Shown piece by piece: positions 63,157 through 64,000 of a stretch of DNA of 64,000 bases (position 1 is the first letter of the stretch; each line of letters starts with the position of its first letter). Origin of the DNA: Phycisphaerales bacterium UBA3190 (GTDB lineage Bacteria > Planctomycetota > Phycisphaerae > Phycisphaerales > UBA1924). The stretch covers positions 94,702 through 158,701 of the forward strand of contig DEXG01000023.1 of assembly GCA_002364005.1 (NCBI GenBank), in the 5' to 3' direction. The notes beneath the pieces were generated by a model. The model did no database searches and was not told the DNA's origin. It saw only the letters and a program-made list of their open reading frames with translations. The position numbers were made by a program, and so were the translations under genes.

Positions 63157-64000
63157 ATGCCCATCCTTGAGGTGCAAACCCAGGACTACCTCCACCAGAC
63201 CCTCGGCGGACAGCTTCACACCACCGCCTGGAACGGTGCAGCCAGACTCCCCGCCTTCTTGACGGCCAGGTATCGGTTCGCGCACCTTGACCTCATGGGG
63301 CGAGAGCTTCTCCTCGTTATCGACGAGGCTCCTGAACAAGAGTCGCCCGCCACCATCCGCAAGCACACCGAGCAGGTCAGAGCAAAGTGGAGCGGCCCGG
63401 TCGTGTATGTGCGGGACCAGGTCACCGCGTACAACCGCAAGCGGCTAATCGAGCAGCGAGTGCCGTTCATCATCCCCGGAAACCAAATGTACCTCCCCGA
63501 TCTCGGGCTCGACCTGCGGGAATACTTCCGCACACCGTCACCCTCGAAGCGGAAGTTCTGGCCCGCAACACAGGCGGTCCTGATCTATGTACTACTCAAC
63601 CGCAAAGACAACGAGACGACTGCCGCTGCGCTGGCACCGAAGCTCGGGTACTCCACAATGACCTTGAGCCGGGTGTTCAACGAGCTCGAATCTGTTGAGC
63701 TGGCAGAGTCCGCCTCCATCGGCCGCCAGCGAGTCCTCCACTTCCCGACCAACGGCCAAGAAACTTGGAGGCGGGCACAGCAGTGGCTGATCAATCCGGT
63801 GAAGTCACGTCACTTCGTCGTCGGCCATCCACAGGGGCTACGCGCAGGACAACAAGCCCTGGCAGACTACACAATGCTTGCCGAGTCGCATCGCCCCGTC
63901 ATCGCGATCAGCCACAAGCAGTGGCAATCATTCCGAAACACCGAATTAGCCATAGAACTACAAGGCCTTGAAGAAGCAAACTATGAGGTTGAAGTCTGGA
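63157..64000 (+). CDS. wHTH-containing hypothetical protein, 5' part (runs off the right edge; not in the supplied ORF track)
   Basis: My own translation from ATG 63157 stays open to nt 64000 (281 codons): MPILEVQTQDYLHQ... It has an HTH-like segment LAPKLGYSTMTLSRVFNELESVELAE. Confidence 0.55.
   Translation, partial: MPILEVQTQDYLHQTLGGQLHTTAWNGAARLPAFLTARYRFAHLDLMGRELLLVIDEAPEQESPATIRKHTEQVRAKWSGPVVYVRDQVTAYNRKRLIEQRVPFIIPGNQMYLPDLGLDLREYFRTPSPSKRKFWPATQAVLIYVLLNRKDNETTAAALAPKLGYSTMTLSRVFNELESVELAESASIGRQRVLHFPTNGQETWRRAQQWLINPVKSRHFVVGHPQGLRAGQQALADYTMLAESHRPVIAISHKQWQSFRNTELAIELQGLEEANYEVEVW

Larger units (their letters stand above)
35338..64000 (+). mobile_element. Island 3: integrated plasmid-like conjugative/mobilizable element with a defence cassette (right end outside the window)
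   Basis: Starts at att junction 3. Carries a Rep-like gene, ParA, ArdC, a MobF relaxase, a T4CP-like ATPase and a defence operon. Confidence 0.65.

Noticed and set aside
1-64000. Search for an integrase, transposase or IS element, and for CRISPR arrays, anywhere in the window
   Set aside because: No ORF shows the R..H-x-x-R..Y tyrosine-recombinase pattern, a serine-recombinase N-terminus or DDE signatures, and no repeat-spacer array is visible. The absence is itself reported as a finding rather than as a feature.

Overview
GC-rich bacterial chromosome segment. All family and domain names below are assigned by eye from motifs, because no search tools were available.

The first 3.6 kb looks like ordinary core genome: a partial membrane protein, a BatE-like TPR/SH3b protein, an IclR regulator and a Bcr/CflA-type MFS pump, ending in an intact tRNA-Gly(CCC) at 3641-3712. 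Everything to the right is accessory. An identical 45-nt copy of the tRNA 3' half, with conserved flanking arms, occurs three times (3671, 11845, 35338). These copies delimit three islands inserted in tandem.

- **Island 1 (about 8.2 kb):** a heavy-metal RND efflux operon (OMF, lipoprotein, MFP, CusA/CzcA-type pump, His-rich lipoprotein).
- **Island 2 (about 23.5 kb):** a copper-homeostasis island. It carries an HMA-MauE fusion, an APC permease, a K+ channel, CopA/CopB multicopper oxidase genes and a His-rich P1B ATPase. It also has an unusual tightly coupled redox operon (FNR/2Fe-2S reductase, bis-His membrane protein, heptaheme cytochrome c, DUF1622-like protein, PP2C phosphatase), an HD-GYP protein, a Met-rich LTXXQ protein, an Rrf2 regulator, YHS-domain proteins, an RND pump remnant and a PAP2/vanadium-haloperoxidase-like protein.
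- **Island 3 (over 28.6 kb, runs off the right edge):** a plasmid-like integrative element. It opens with a translationally coupled five-gene RM-like defence cassette (HTH, DUF499-type ATPase, small DUF3780-like protein, DUF1156-type DPPY methyltransferase, PLD-SNF2 helicase). This is followed by a Rep-like wHTH gene, ParA and its partner, HTH-ArdC, a small methyltransferase-like gene, a MobF/TrwC relaxase, a T4CP-like ATPase and several unknown membrane or coiled-coil genes.

No recombinase gene is recognisable anywhere in the window. The strongest leads are the defence cassette, the tandem att architecture with two recombinase-less islands, the split NOX-like/multiheme redox operon, and a 1.57-kb ORF-free, hairpin-dense, strand-asymmetric region (61584-63156) that may encode a large structured RNA.
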